The notes under the pieces were generated by a model that was not told the origin of the DNA, did not search any database, and saw only the letters and a program-made list of their open reading frames with translations. This document shows, piece after piece, positions 12,681-37,000 of a stretch of DNA of 64,000 nucleotides (within the stretch, counting starts at the first letter, position 1; each line of letters begins with the position of its first letter). This DNA is from Lingula anatina (Eukaryota > Animalia > Brachiopoda). The translations under genes were made by a program, and so were the position numbers. Location of the stretch: assembly GCA_051362555.1 (NCBI GenBank), contig CM120640.1, positions 14,260,001 to 14,324,000 of the forward strand, written 5' to 3'.

Positions 12681-15600
12681 TAGGCACAAGCATTAACTCC
12701 AGTGACTAAATGATTGATCACTTGAAGTTATCATAAGTGATTCTCGCCATTTCGCAGCACTTAGTGTCATTTTAGCAGGCAATTATCAAGGGAGGATGGA
12801 AAGTGATTGACTGGCACTATGCAAAATAGAGAGAAATAATTGCCTTGTCCATTTGTGGAGGGGATATTGGCTAAACTTACTGACCAGCCCTTTTTGTGAA
12901 CAGCCCCTTGTTGACCCAGCATGCATGTGGGCCAATTTGCCTGTTCAAGAACTATTAAACCCCTTGAGTGGAATTTCAAATTATGCCCTACCCTTGTGCC
13001 AAACCTGTTCAATTGGCTGGTGGTAATTTCCCTCAGTTTTCTCATGTACCAACCTGGTCAACACGCATGTGTGTCAACTTGTCAACTCACCCTGTGGCCT
13101 CCCGTCTTTTTGGGGAGATTCAATCATGGCGTCTGCCAAGGTCTCACAGAGGCTTTCTTCTGGGACATCGCCACTCCTGGTTGGCAAGGCCGGCGCTATC
13201 TGCCCAGACACCTCAGGCCAACTTCCACACACTTCAACCAAATTGGGTGACTGCTCAAAGCTGCCTGGAAAACAAAATCAAAGATATTGTAAGCGACACT
13301 GACAAAATGAGATTAACAAAAAAGCCACACTTTTTCATATCCTGTTTCTGGTGGACTGCTTTTGTCATAAAATCTGCCATTATTAATTTACATCTTCTAT
13401 TTTTTTTGCCTGAACATTATTATAAGCTGTCTTGCCTCATATACAACACAAAACCTTGCTTGTAGTGAAAACCCATTGAGCAGCTTTGAAAAAAAAAAAC
13501 ATTTTCACATCATCATCTTTTATTTTTTCCCTCGCTTTTAATGACAACATCACAGAACAACTTAAAAGAAAGAACATTTTTCACATCATCATATTTTATT
13601 TTCTCCTCTCTGTCAAGGTGTCTTTGTTAAGGAACATTAACTGTCTTCCTCCACTCCTTCGCAGGCAATGAGGTGATCAACACCAAGGGTTAATATCAAC
13701 GTTGTCAACGATAGATAAAAAAATCATTTCATGTTATAAATCAATCTTTGAAGTTATTTTCTTTACTTTATCACGCAAATGCCATTCATAAGTATCTGAA
13801 GACACTCATTGTATCTTTCCGGTTACATAAAAAAGCAAGCCAAGCACCCCTGCTTGATGGGGATACTTAACAATGGCAGTGTTTGATCAACCCAGGGAAC
13901 TATCACTTATTTTCTTCTTTACGTCAGTGGTGGCAAGAACCTGTGTGGTCTAATATTTATCTTCACTGTTTTTGCACCTGACGCCAAATAATCACTGGAC
14001 TCCAGATCTTCCACCCAAGAAAGTAAAATCTGGATCTCACAGGACCAACTGGCAGTTGACATTATGTCGTAATGTGACATACTGTGAACATGTCAATATT
14101 AGACTGTCACCTGAATCTGTGTCAACCAAATAATGAATTGCATGGGTGAAAATTGTAAAAAATGAAAATCCTAAAGATGTAGCTTGCAATTTCTCAATGC
14201 TTTTAGAAAAATACAATCAAAATAAGATCAAAATGAAGATTGAAAATCCTGAAATCAGGCATAATCCTACAAACTTTCACCCATGGAATTGCTTGTTACA
14301 TTATTTAGAACTTGGCATAGAGGTTGCAATGTAAAATGAGTCATAACAAAAGTGCATTATTAGCAGTATTATGTACGTCAAGGTTTTCATTATACATTAA
14401 CAAATGTAACTATTGTAAAAAAATGTTAGGTGATAGCATTTCTGTAAAAAATGTGCTAAACCAAAATAGATTATTATAAAATTATATTACTTTCTTACTA
14501 AGATGTCCTGGAAAAGCAAACTAATAAGAATTTCCTCTATGGTTCGATGTACTACTAGAAATGTGAGTAAACAGTTACCAAAAGAAACCACACATCCTTC
14601 AGCTTCACAGTGCTGTCACAGGAAATAATTTACTGCTTTTTTTTTTTTTTTTTTTTTTTTTTTTTGTATACGAATATCATAGTTCTTTTTTTTTTGTCAA
14701 AAATATCATATACTAGTTTTAAATTTCTGTAAAAAAAAAAAAAAAAATTACATTAAAAATTTTACAACCAAGTTTATACCTACAAAATGACATGTAGTTT
14801 ATTATCCCAAAATGAAGTGCTAACTTTGCTTGTAGGAAATCACAAAATGTTACCTTGGACATTGAAAACAAATCAGAAAACTCAATCCATCTGGTAAGTC
14901 ATTAAATCTGAATAAAAAATTAACGTCTATTTCTACGTAATGATATCAAGTTAATTCAAGTCCTATCACATTTATCACTCAATTCATGGAAAATGTTTCC
15001 GATATTAAATCATCATAACCATATACAAGTGTCTTTTGGTTGATTACCCTTCATATATTTTCGGAACTAATCTGCAGCACTTAATAATGAAGTAGTGCTG
15101 CTGGTGACAACCAGGGGCCTGATCTGTACAGCCTCCATTTTTTACACACGCTACAGATTTAAGCCCAAAAACTATGTTTAAATGTTCTACAAACTACATT
15201 TATTAAACCATGACTATGACATATTAGGGACAAGAAACTGTACATAGTAAAATGCCTTCATTATGCTAATTTGTGGTGAGGTTTGCTTTCTGTGTGATAA
15301 GAGTTGTAAACTGGGTGGCTGAACTAGTTTTTTTTTCTCTAACCAAACTAACTTTTGAATGAAGTCGATATATGTGAAATAAAACATGGCATGCTAGCCC
15401 CTGATTAAGTTATTAAAAAAACTATTTCACTAAGAATTGAAAAAAACAACAACAACTTGAATACAAAATATAAATATAATCTATGGCACTTCTAACAGCC
15501 ATTTGCAATTTCCAATGCTACAAAATTGATTTATGTCTATAAATATGCAGTCCCATCAGAACAGATGCTATGCAAAGTGTATTGTAGCATTTGTTTCATC

Positions 15601-15879
15601 TATTTCATTTCACTTATTTGTCACTTTACTTCAATACTAACCAATTTTTGCCCTGTAATCTCTCTAATATCTTACTAATGAATAATCAGATGTAAAAAAA
15701 AATTCTTTTTACATAATCAATCATATTGTGATGACACAGAGATTAGGATAAACTATCCTTCTTTACTGAAAGAAAGGTAACATACTTAAAACATAAATTG
15801 AAATACATCTTAAACATAATTATAGTAAGTCACGGTGTCACAGTAAAGCAAAATGTACCCAATGCAGCTACATAGTACA

Positions 15880-15882
15880 AAA

Positions 15883-15937
<55 letters not shown>

Positions 15938-15940
15938 ATA
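15880..15940. repeat. (TAAA)n microsatellite
   Basis: Direct reading. Confidence 0.95.
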
Positions 15941-17574
15941 GTCAGTCCCTACACGAAACCACAGTCATGTTTAACTGATTGGTGTTAAATTTAGACATTT
16001 AAAATCAAGAAGTAGGGTTGCATCACAGGTGATGAATTATAGTTAGCCTTTTTAAAATAGCCTGGGAGAGTATTGTGTAATAATGTTCCACAAGTGTGCG
16101 CAAAGAATTTATCAACAATCTCTCACAGTTCTGTTAAAATGATCATGGACTTGGCATTCGGTACAACCTTTCAAATTTCTTAGTTTCAGGACAGTCACAC
16201 ACCCCCCACCCCCTTTAATGAAATCTTCACTGAATATACTCATGCCAAAGTGAAAATAAGACAAATGATACAATAAAATTTATACCTCATGCAGCTTTCT
16301 TCTTCTACTTTATTTTTCTTAGTTTCTGTACTATCAGGAGAACAAATTTACTATCATTCCACACTATGATCTTTATGCACAGAGAGCAGGGTAAAGTATT
16401 CACAGGGATTGCCTTTCACAAAAATTAACCTTTCTTGACTTGAAATAGTAAACAGACAGTGTTCTTGTTAGGCCAGCTTAAAGGTTGAGGTAGGTTTGCT
16501 AAGAGATCTTATCTCTTATGAATTTAACAGTCAAAAGATGCAACAGCAAAATGTCAGCAGCTATCAGTATAATTTCAAACAAGCTGTTTAGTCAGGATCA
16601 TAAATGACTAGGGAGTTGGCCGACCGATCCAACCTCAGTTATTGGCCTGAGAATATCAAAGGTCTCAGACAGTTTCTCATGATTAAGCAAGTAGATTAAA
16701 TTTGTCGACAAGGTTCTCAGAACCTGATCAGGCAGACATGCGGGTTCATGCAACCACTCCATGCCTCTAATATATGGTTTGCTTTCTATTTTCTATTTCA
16801 TTTTTTGGTTTTTTCGACATGAGAGTCCACCGGGAGTCGGTGTGGCTTTTCACGCTGGAAAAACAAGCAGGCAAAAGTACCATCAACTGAGCTTTAATTA
16901 TAGCTGTATTATGATGAGTGGCAGTTGATTGATGCTCTGAACATTCTGCACTGGTGGGAGAACACACTGGAGCTGGCACTACCAGGAGGCTCTCAAATCT
17001 AAGTTACTGTTTGCTAATTGGAACAGCTCTACCCTAATCCTATGGGGACCAATAACCAAGGCAGGCAGAACATTAATGCCATAAATATAATTTTGCACAC
17101 ACAATTATCTCATGACATGATGTGCACTTTCACAATTAAGTTGTTGCAATTTTGTGCCTGATGTGGTTATTACTGTGCTCCTATTCTCTCTTTGGGACAC
17201 ATCAGTTGGCACGGCACAGTCACCCTTGGGTTTGTCTCAGCTACCACAATAACCAGAGATTTGGCTGGGAAAAAAATAAATAATGGCAGATACTAAATGA
17301 CTTGATATTCCTTTCCCAATTTTCATTTCTTGACAACATATTTGCTTTTGATGTTTATATATTATCCTATCCATCATTCTACTAAAAATGTATACATCCC
17401 CTTTATACTAGCACCAGGGCTTTAAGGACATATTCATCCTCCTAGTATAAATTGTACAGATCTAGTTTAAATGCCCAGGAATTAATTGAAAATGAATTGC
17501 TTCATTTTCAGTTCTCTAAATTCCTTGAAAGGATACTTTTACCCATGAGATAACCCAGAGCACTTAAATAAGCA

Positions 17575-17578
<4 letters not shown>

Positions 17579-17607
<29 letters not shown>
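17579..17607. repeat. (TG)n microsatellite
   Basis: Direct reading. Confidence 0.95.
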
Positions 17608-19950
17608 CACTCAAAATGGTTTTTATCCTTCAAAAAAATTTAAAAAATAATAAAAAAATTCAATTTTTTGTCAGTCTGAGTATAAATTCGGTGAAAAATG
17701 TCACTAAAATGAGTTTTGGAATCTAATAGTTGAACCTCTTGCACTTTTTTGTTTTCCTCTGTATTTAACAGAAATCAGGAGCTTGGACAGGAACCTCCAA
17801 CTTACAAAGTCAGATACACTAAAGCTCTTAGAAACTAGGTTTCATAAATGATTCCTATTAGCAAGTTCTGTTATACCAAACATGTTTTTTTTTACATACA
17901 TTCAAATATGTCAGATCAAGGATGAGTCCAAAATTATACTAAAATTGGGAAAAATTATAACTTATATCACCAGTGTTTATCGTGGAGTGTAGAAATCCCT
18001 AAGGATGTCTCTCAGACTACATGCGGCTGACGTCAGTCTGGTTTTGCATTTCCCTTACATTCTGAGAATCCACTAAAATGAGTTAGGAATTTGATCTCAC
18101 AACTGGTCTTTTGTTATTAATAAATACACAGCTTAATGCATTTGTTCCTTAAACAAAATGGCCTTTTCCTCAATGTTTTACCTCTACCACCGGTGTTTGA
18201 TTGCTTTGCTGTTACTTACAGGTGATGTATCAAGTGTTATAAAAGTAGACATTTTGTGTTTAGACAATGAACTTTATATATATTATCATAACTATCAATA
18301 TGACAATTAGTGTCTTCTGTTGATACCTTAATGAGCTAGAGAAATATGTCTATAGGTGTTACACGTTCAGTGTTATTTGTAAGATCACATCAAACTGCAT
18401 TCATGTGATTCAATCTGGCTATAATAATTCAATATCTTTGTTTTCTATGACAAAAAAATAAAAAAATAAATAAAAGTCTTTTCTTAATAATATATAACTC
18501 ATGATTATGTATAAATGATACTATTTTTTTATCCTCAATAAACCATCTCCAATGCACCTCCCCTCTTTCCAAGGTGTTCCATATACCAACATGTTACAAC
18601 AAAATGAATAAAGAAAGAAAGAAAAAATAAATAAATGAAAAAAGGAAAAAGCAAATATTTTGTAACACAAACTAAGGGTGTCCTCTTTTAAAAAACACTG
18701 TACCTCAGGTGCGTAGCAATTAAGGTATCCAAGTACCACATGCATTGATTTAAGCAACCTGTCTCATTGAAATCACTTCCTCTAATGCTAATAATAGCCT
18801 TTTCATACAGCAAATGTGACAATCACATCATTATCAGTTGTACTGCTCATTATCGTCATTCTCCTGCAGACATCAAACTGGACAGGACTGAAATTTACTA
18901 CTTTTAATCTTATGGACCCAGGGCAGCTCATTTACATCTTCTCTTTGCTTTGTCATGCTAGGTTACGTCAGTGACAAAAAGAAGTAGACATAGAAAATGA
19001 CACACATAAGTACAGACATTAAATGAATAAAAAAAATCAAAGAGACAGATTCAGTGACATCTAGACAAGACAGATAGTGAAAGAGAGATGTTCACCTCAA
19101 CAACAGGTTAAGTCTTTCTTGAAGAAGAAAATGCTTTTCACTGTTCCCAGTTTCGTTTGGTTTTCTGACCAACCAACTATATCCACTATACTACAATATA
19201 TCCAAATAAATCTTTAAAAAAACTTGCTTAAAATAATCTGGTCATGCTTATTTTTAAAAAGAAACCTTGTTTTAACAAGTTAAAACATACACAGCCATTT
19301 TAATGGTAATTTGAAGTCAACTAAAAATTATGGTTTGGAACTTATGGGGGTAATATCTCCAAAATATGATCAGTACTACTGCAGTACTATGAGGTCATGG
19401 ACAGACTTCTGTCTTCTGTTGAAGAGAGTTCCTGTTCACAGCCCAATGTGCTAAACTGGCTGACTGAAATATGCTACTAACAACACCTAATAAATTATCA
19501 GACAACCCTAGATTCCATTTAGTTCATGCAAAGCAACCAGAATACAGACAAGGCACTCTTGGCAACAGTCATAATAACATACAAATACTTTTTTTCATAA
19601 TTTTTCACAAAAACATACTTGATGCAAGATTGAGACCCTTGACACATAATATATTAGTGGGCTTTTCTTCTGAATTTTTCCACAAAAAAAAACAATTTCA
19701 AACAGTGAAATCTGACTTTCAATATGCTTTTGAAATAAAATGAAATGAACAGGCATCATTTAGTTATGATATTTCAATATCCTTATATACTAGTCACTTT
19801 CTCTTTCCCATTTGCAATAAGTTTTTATTTTGCTAATTTTTAAGCATAAACTTAAAAAGTAGCTTATCATGAGAAAGTTAAAAAATGTCAGTCATAAAAA
19901 CTCATAAACACAAAATTGAGAAAACAGGTCCTGCTAAATGTTTTGCTCAC

Positions 19951-30746
<10,796 letters not shown>

Positions 30747-31040
30747 ATCGCACTATGACCACACTATTATATAGTGCACTAGATCTAGGTAACGATATTA
30801 TTCAAAATAAACCTCTCCTCGTCGTTTCAAAACAGCTGAGAGAAAAATGGCGACTGTGTGACGTCATTATTTTGGTTTGTCCGCGAAGCAAGAAGCAGCG
30901 GCGAGGTCAACATAAACTAAGCACAGTCGGCCAAGCACTGTTTGTGTTCCGCATTCCAGTCACATTATAAGTGTATTCCTGGGTTTTAAAAAGATACGAA
31001 GGAGAGACAAGAGTGACCTCGGACGCATAGTTAAGAGGGC
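30747..31040. promoter_or_regulatory. Bidirectional promoter shared by BCAS3 and the glycoside hydrolase gene
   Basis: Divergent ATGs at 30746 and 31041, 294 bp apart. Locally CpG-rich. Contains a YY1-type AAAATGGCG (30844-30852) and a perfect CRE palindrome TGACGTCA (30859-30866). Confidence 0.8.
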
Positions 31041-34000
31041 ATGATGGAAGATAAGCGATTGGAAGAAGACAGACACCGTAAGAAAAATTGGAAGAGATGG
31101 GGACCTTACTTGTCCGAGCGGCAATGGGGCACAGTGAGAGAGGATTATTCTGCTGATGGAGCTTGGTATATGCTTTAATAGCTTAATTTCAAACAGACAT
31201 ATTATTGTATTCACGATGATGTATACGCTAATTGCGTAAAGATGTTGTTTTTTTAAATTTTGGTATTCAGCCATTTTATTATAAAGAACAGAAAAGTTTA
31301 ATTTTTAAATAAAATGATGTCCGTGGTTCCATTGCTTGTAATCTACAGTATACAGTATACTGTATGTACTAGTCCATCTGTATGCATTTAACTGCACATA
31401 CGTCATGTACATGTAATTTAGTTTAGAGCTTTTATGTGTAGATCAAATAATATTTTAATGCAACAGCAAATGTATAACTCAGCCCAAATATGGAACATAT
31501 TGCTCATATTTCCCTGCTCGCATATGACAATAAAAGTAATTCACTAATATAACTTGTTTAAAACTGGTATTTTAGCTGGGATTATTTACCTCACGACAAT
31601 GCCCGGTCAGTAGCATATCGTTGGGGAGAAGATGGTCTACTGGGTATAACTGACCGCCAATGTCGCCTGTGTTTAAGTCTTGCCCTGTGGAATGGGAAGG
31701 ACCCTATTCTGAAGGAACGCCTTTTTGGACTGACAGGACCAGAGGTTTGTTTTGATAATAATTTCAGTTTTAGTCTGTTATGTTGATATGAGTTCTAAGT
31801 TTATGAGAGTGAATCCTTAAACTACCAGCATATACTGTAGATACAGTTATTTATATTTTTGCTAAAGGTACGTGTAACATATATTGTCTGATTCTTGATT
31901 TATAGCGCTTTAGGACAGCTACAGAAGTTTATCTTCCTGTTTTATGTTACTAATTTTTTTAATATAGGTATTAGGGTTCATCCAATTCCTGTTTTTAATC
32001 ATTATATGTTCACATTTCTTCCTCAAATAATTCTGCAAATGTAGTATCAGAACTACAGCTGTTGCATTACATTAGAATTTAGTAACAATAAATATCTTCA
32101 AACAAGACCAAAACTCATAGTTATGGCCTAATCATTTCAAGGTCAAACAAGATGCCTTCATCAGGGAATAAGGGAATTAACGGTATTTAAAATAGTAACC
32201 CCTAACATTATATACTAGTAGCTGCATTCTCTGATCAAGATGTCCTGTTAGACACTGAAATATTAGATTGGTGATAACTCTGAAACTATATAGCTGCTGT
32301 TTGAAGCAACTATTATTGTTACTCTTACTTGGAAATATTGCATGCAGGTACCTTTGATTTTCACTTTCACTTTCATTTCCATTTTGACAAGCCTTTAGCC
32401 ACCATCACCATCACCTACCTACACTTCTTGCCCTAACTGTTTACTGTCAGCTACATATACGAGCTTTACCAGTGACTTGTTTTTTTCTTAACGGTGGGTA
32501 AGGTTGTATCTTATTCATTTTTTATTCATTTATCTTAGCAACTCACATTATATACTCGCTTATTGCTCTCATTGCTATGGGCATTTGCTCTTCTTTAATA
32601 TTGGTATTTTTAAAACTTTTTGATGTGCATTTACCATTGGCATACCTTTTAACTCACTCTTGCATACTATCCGCTGAATTAACAATTAAGTTAAATGCCA
32701 GCCTTACATCCAATATCACTCTTGGTTGATGTAATATAAGATCCATGTAAACTGATTAAAATACAGCAAACCAATTGAATTAGGAAAAAATGGTTAAGTG
32801 TTAAAATTGACAAATGCAAATCTACTAGTACCTATTATTAACTCAAGAAGGTAAAGACTATAATTTTTTACAGGGTAACCATGGAGAAGATGTGAAAGAA
32901 TGCTATTATTACTTAGATTCCACCCCTACTCACTCGTACATGAAAATGTTGTACAAATATCCTCAGTCTGAATATCCATATTCACTGCTGGTAGAGGAGA
33001 ACAGAAAAAGAGGGCTGAGTGACCCAGAGTATGAGCTTGAAGACACAGGTAAGACAAAGTAAAGAACTTTAAGCCTACTGGCCATTCCAGCCACCAGGGT
33101 CTATAGGCAATCTGTTGTCCTAAAGAAAAAAAGGGCCCGAATTTAAATGGATAAAATTTATAGAAGTGACATTGGGACCAGCAGGTGAACCCATTTTACA
33201 AAAGCTTTCTAGCCTGCCTAAAATCTGAATGACGTTTGGAATGGGACCAGTTGCTGATTGTTAAAAGTGTGTGTTTTATTTAAAGTTGTGATCCACTTAG
33301 AAAATTATAAGCAATTTCAATGAGTACTCTGATGAAGATATGACACCACAGTCACATAATTAACCGTTGATGAAATGTTTGTGCAATATTTTTGACTTGG
33401 ATTTATGTTAGCGTACAAGGGTAAGTAATGAAGTTTGGCATTTTTATTGTGGATGTAAAAGGGGATCCACAGATTACTAGTAACTGAATATCTTGGTTAA
33501 AGATAAAAGAGATGCTGTTTTATTTTAGAACATCACCAGGAAGTAATATTACAGTACCTCTACATCTTTTTCATTTACTTTATTGGCTATTATAGATATT
33601 CTCGGTGAAAATAATTACTGGTATACTAAGAGCATGCCTTTCCCTGCATATTTTGATGATTATTATAATCAATTAGAGTTCTCTCAAATCGAATTCCATT
33701 TTCAAGGCTCATGGCTTCATTTTAGTTTATCATGGTATCAATATATATGCCTATGATAATTTTGGTTATCATAGGTGTATTTGATGAGAACAGATACTGG
33801 GATGTGACTGCAGAATATGCTAAGCATACCCCCAATGATGTGCTGTGCAGGTACACAGTAGCCAACAGAGGGCCTGAGGAGGCCACACTGCATGTGATCC
33901 CAGTGCTGTGGTATAGAAACACATGGATTTGGGGATGCAAGCATGAGGTTTGTTTACACATGCTGTTGCAAAAATAGTATATATAGCTTAATTAATTAAT

Positions 34001-37000
34001 TAATTAATTAATTAATTAATTAATTAATCAATTTATCAATTAACTAATTTTAAAAAATCCAAACTACACTGGCTTTATATTCTGGTTCATAATTCCTCTT
34101 TGGATATCCCACACTGCTTTTTAAAGTGCTGGAAAAACATGTTTGTTCACACAAAAACTTGTTGTTCTCAGTAAACAAGGTTTCATCATCAGTGTTGAAA
34201 TGTTCTGTGGATAAAGATTTGCATCACTGGTCTTGAGTCACTTTTTAATTTTCTAGATTAAAAAAAAAACAAACTTTTGTTATCATATCAGAGACCTTGA
34301 CAATTATATGTACTTGCAGCTAGATTTAACAATGTAAACTATCCATGCAGTAGCATATCTGTAATTTTTAACGTAACATGGTAAGAAGTAATTTAATTAT
34401 AATTTCACTGATTCTACAGTATTTTGTATGTTATTTTTTCAGGGTTGCACAAAAAAGCCATCTATTAAGCAACATAAAGCAGGGGAACTTCATTGCTCCC
34501 ATGAGACTTTAGGTAATATTTAGAAAATTCTGTTTAGTTTCTTTCACAATTAAGTCACATAATTTTATAAGTCAGTTGTCCTTAATATGTCAATATGTTT
34601 TAGCCTGTCCTTGTAACAACTAGTCTTAGTCTTGAAAGTGAAGTATGAATATTACAGACTTCGAATTATCATTCTTATTGCACACTGAACATAGCACTTC
34701 AAAAATGAGTAAACCTAACTTATCACCAAACAAAATATAAAAAATAATGAAAAAAATGTCTTATACTCTGTTTTTTATTTTAGGTCAAACAACTTTTATT
34801 GCTGATAAGGATCCTTCTGGAAAGCTCCCAGCAATTCTCTTCACTGAAAATGAGACCAACTACAGAAGACTTTACAATGTGGATAATTACACGCCATACA
34901 CAAAAGATGCATTCCATAGATATATTGTTAATGGTGAGAGCAAATACTAACATGTTTTTATTTCATATTTCATTTTTCATTCTCTGTTCTAATTTTTAGT
35001 AAAATATTCAAAAATGTTTAAATGCCTGTGAAGGGGGGTTTGTCTCGGGGGTGGGGGGTGGGGGGGGGGATTGACTGGGGGGAATTGTCCTAGACATGTT
35101 TGTAAATAAAACATTATATTTTGTAGGTGAGAAAGATGCCATTAATCATAAATCTCGTGGGACCAAAGTAGGAATGCACTACATGGCCACAGTTAAACCA
35201 GGAGAACAGCAAACATTTCAAGTCCGTTTCTTCCTACAGTCTGAAAAACCTAACACCAACAGCTATTTTAGTAGTGAGAGTTTTGATAAGGTTTTTGCAC
35301 AGAGGATGAAAGAAGCAGATGAGTTTTATGAAAAGGTAATTTGTAATATTTAGGTTGCAGTGTTAGATCCCTTTTAATAAATAAGATATTTCCCTAACTT
35401 TTACTTAGTGATGGTGATATGTTCAGTGTTCAGTTTGCACCTGCAGAAGACAGTAATGATTTGTCCCTCTTAATGTAGATTTTGTTTGACTTTCTGGAAT
35501 GATGGAGACCTTTTGTATGGTGAAAAATTATCTTTCAAATACCTAACTTTGGAATCATCAGAAATATATTTCTGTATATCATCTGCGGTGCTTTTACTGT
35601 AAAGAATAGAACTAAAGGTAGCCTGGTTTGCAATTTTGTTGTAACCACTTTTAAGAATTCTTAATAAGAATGTTCTGATTTTAAGAATTTATGACTTAAA
35701 AAAATACAGTGTCTTTAAAATTCACAATTTTTCCCATTGAAAAGATGGAAACATTAAAGTGCCAGGAATTAATTCATTTGTTGAAAATGAATTCCTGGCA
35801 CTTTTAGTAATGGTTTAACACTGAGAATTGGCTGTTTCGAACCCAAGCTGTTGAAATGATCCCTAAGAAGAAAATACATAAAAGTATATTTCTTATATGT
35901 AGGCCATTCCAAACAAGTGCCCTCAGCAAAGAGCTGTTGCCCGTCAGGCTTATGCTGGTTTATTATGGAGCAAACAATTCTACCATTACATCATCAAGGA
36001 CTGGCTGAGTGGAGACCCAGAGATGCCTGCACCACCTAGAGAGCGTTTTGAAGGCAGAAACAAAGAGTGGGGTCACTTATTTAATAGGGATGTCATATCT
36101 ATGCCTGATAAATGGGAATACCCATGGGTAAAGTTTACTTATGCACTTTTTAATTTTATTTTTGTCAGTGATTTCATATTGTTTAAAATTACACAAATAA
36201 TTTCTTCAAAATCAGCAAATTTCAAAGCTAAACTGGTCAGCATATGCCCATTGCCTGCCTGTTTCATATATATATATTTTTTTTTTTTGGCTACCACTAC
36301 CACTAAAAAAACACTCAGGTACACTTAAGCTGAAAACATCTGGAGCAATTTGTAAAAACATTTTGATATATTTTAGTATGCCAGCTGGGACCTTGCCTTC
36401 CACATGCTTCCATTTGCTGTCATTGACATTGACTTTGCCAAGGACCAGCTGTTACTGTTTCTCAGAGAATGGTACATGCACCCAAATGGACAGGTGAATT
36501 TTAGTCTCTTGTTGTTCTCTCTGCAACTAACAATATTGTTTTGTGTATGCATTATCAGTTGTAATATTAATTCCTCTTGCATGTACTAGTGTACGAACAG
36601 GTGTACTGTTGTATATGCAAGCTTGACCAACTACTGCATGATATTATGAACACTATACAAATGTTCCACATTTTGGCACAACCCACTGAGATTCCACACC
36701 ACCATGTTGATGTGTATAATGTTTTGGCACAAATGGACAAAACTATAAAATCACATGGAAACAGTGGTAAAATGGTCTGGTTGGTACATATAGGTGCTCC
36801 TATTATTCCTGGCCTGTGCATGTATGTAGTAGGTTGCTTTGGATTTAGAGAGTAATGCTCCAACTGCTTGGGTATGTCACTCCATATCAGTGAGTGCTAA
36901 CAATGTTTTTTTGCTTCCTGTGCCCTGCAGATCCCTGCCTATGAGTTTGCCTTTGGTGATGTTAACCCTCCTGTCCATGCCTGGGCAGTCAGGAAGGTGT

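Noticed and set aside
30847-30861. ATGGCG as the start of the hydrolase gene
   Set aside because: Stops after four codons; better read as a YY1 motif. The family N-terminus begins at 31041.
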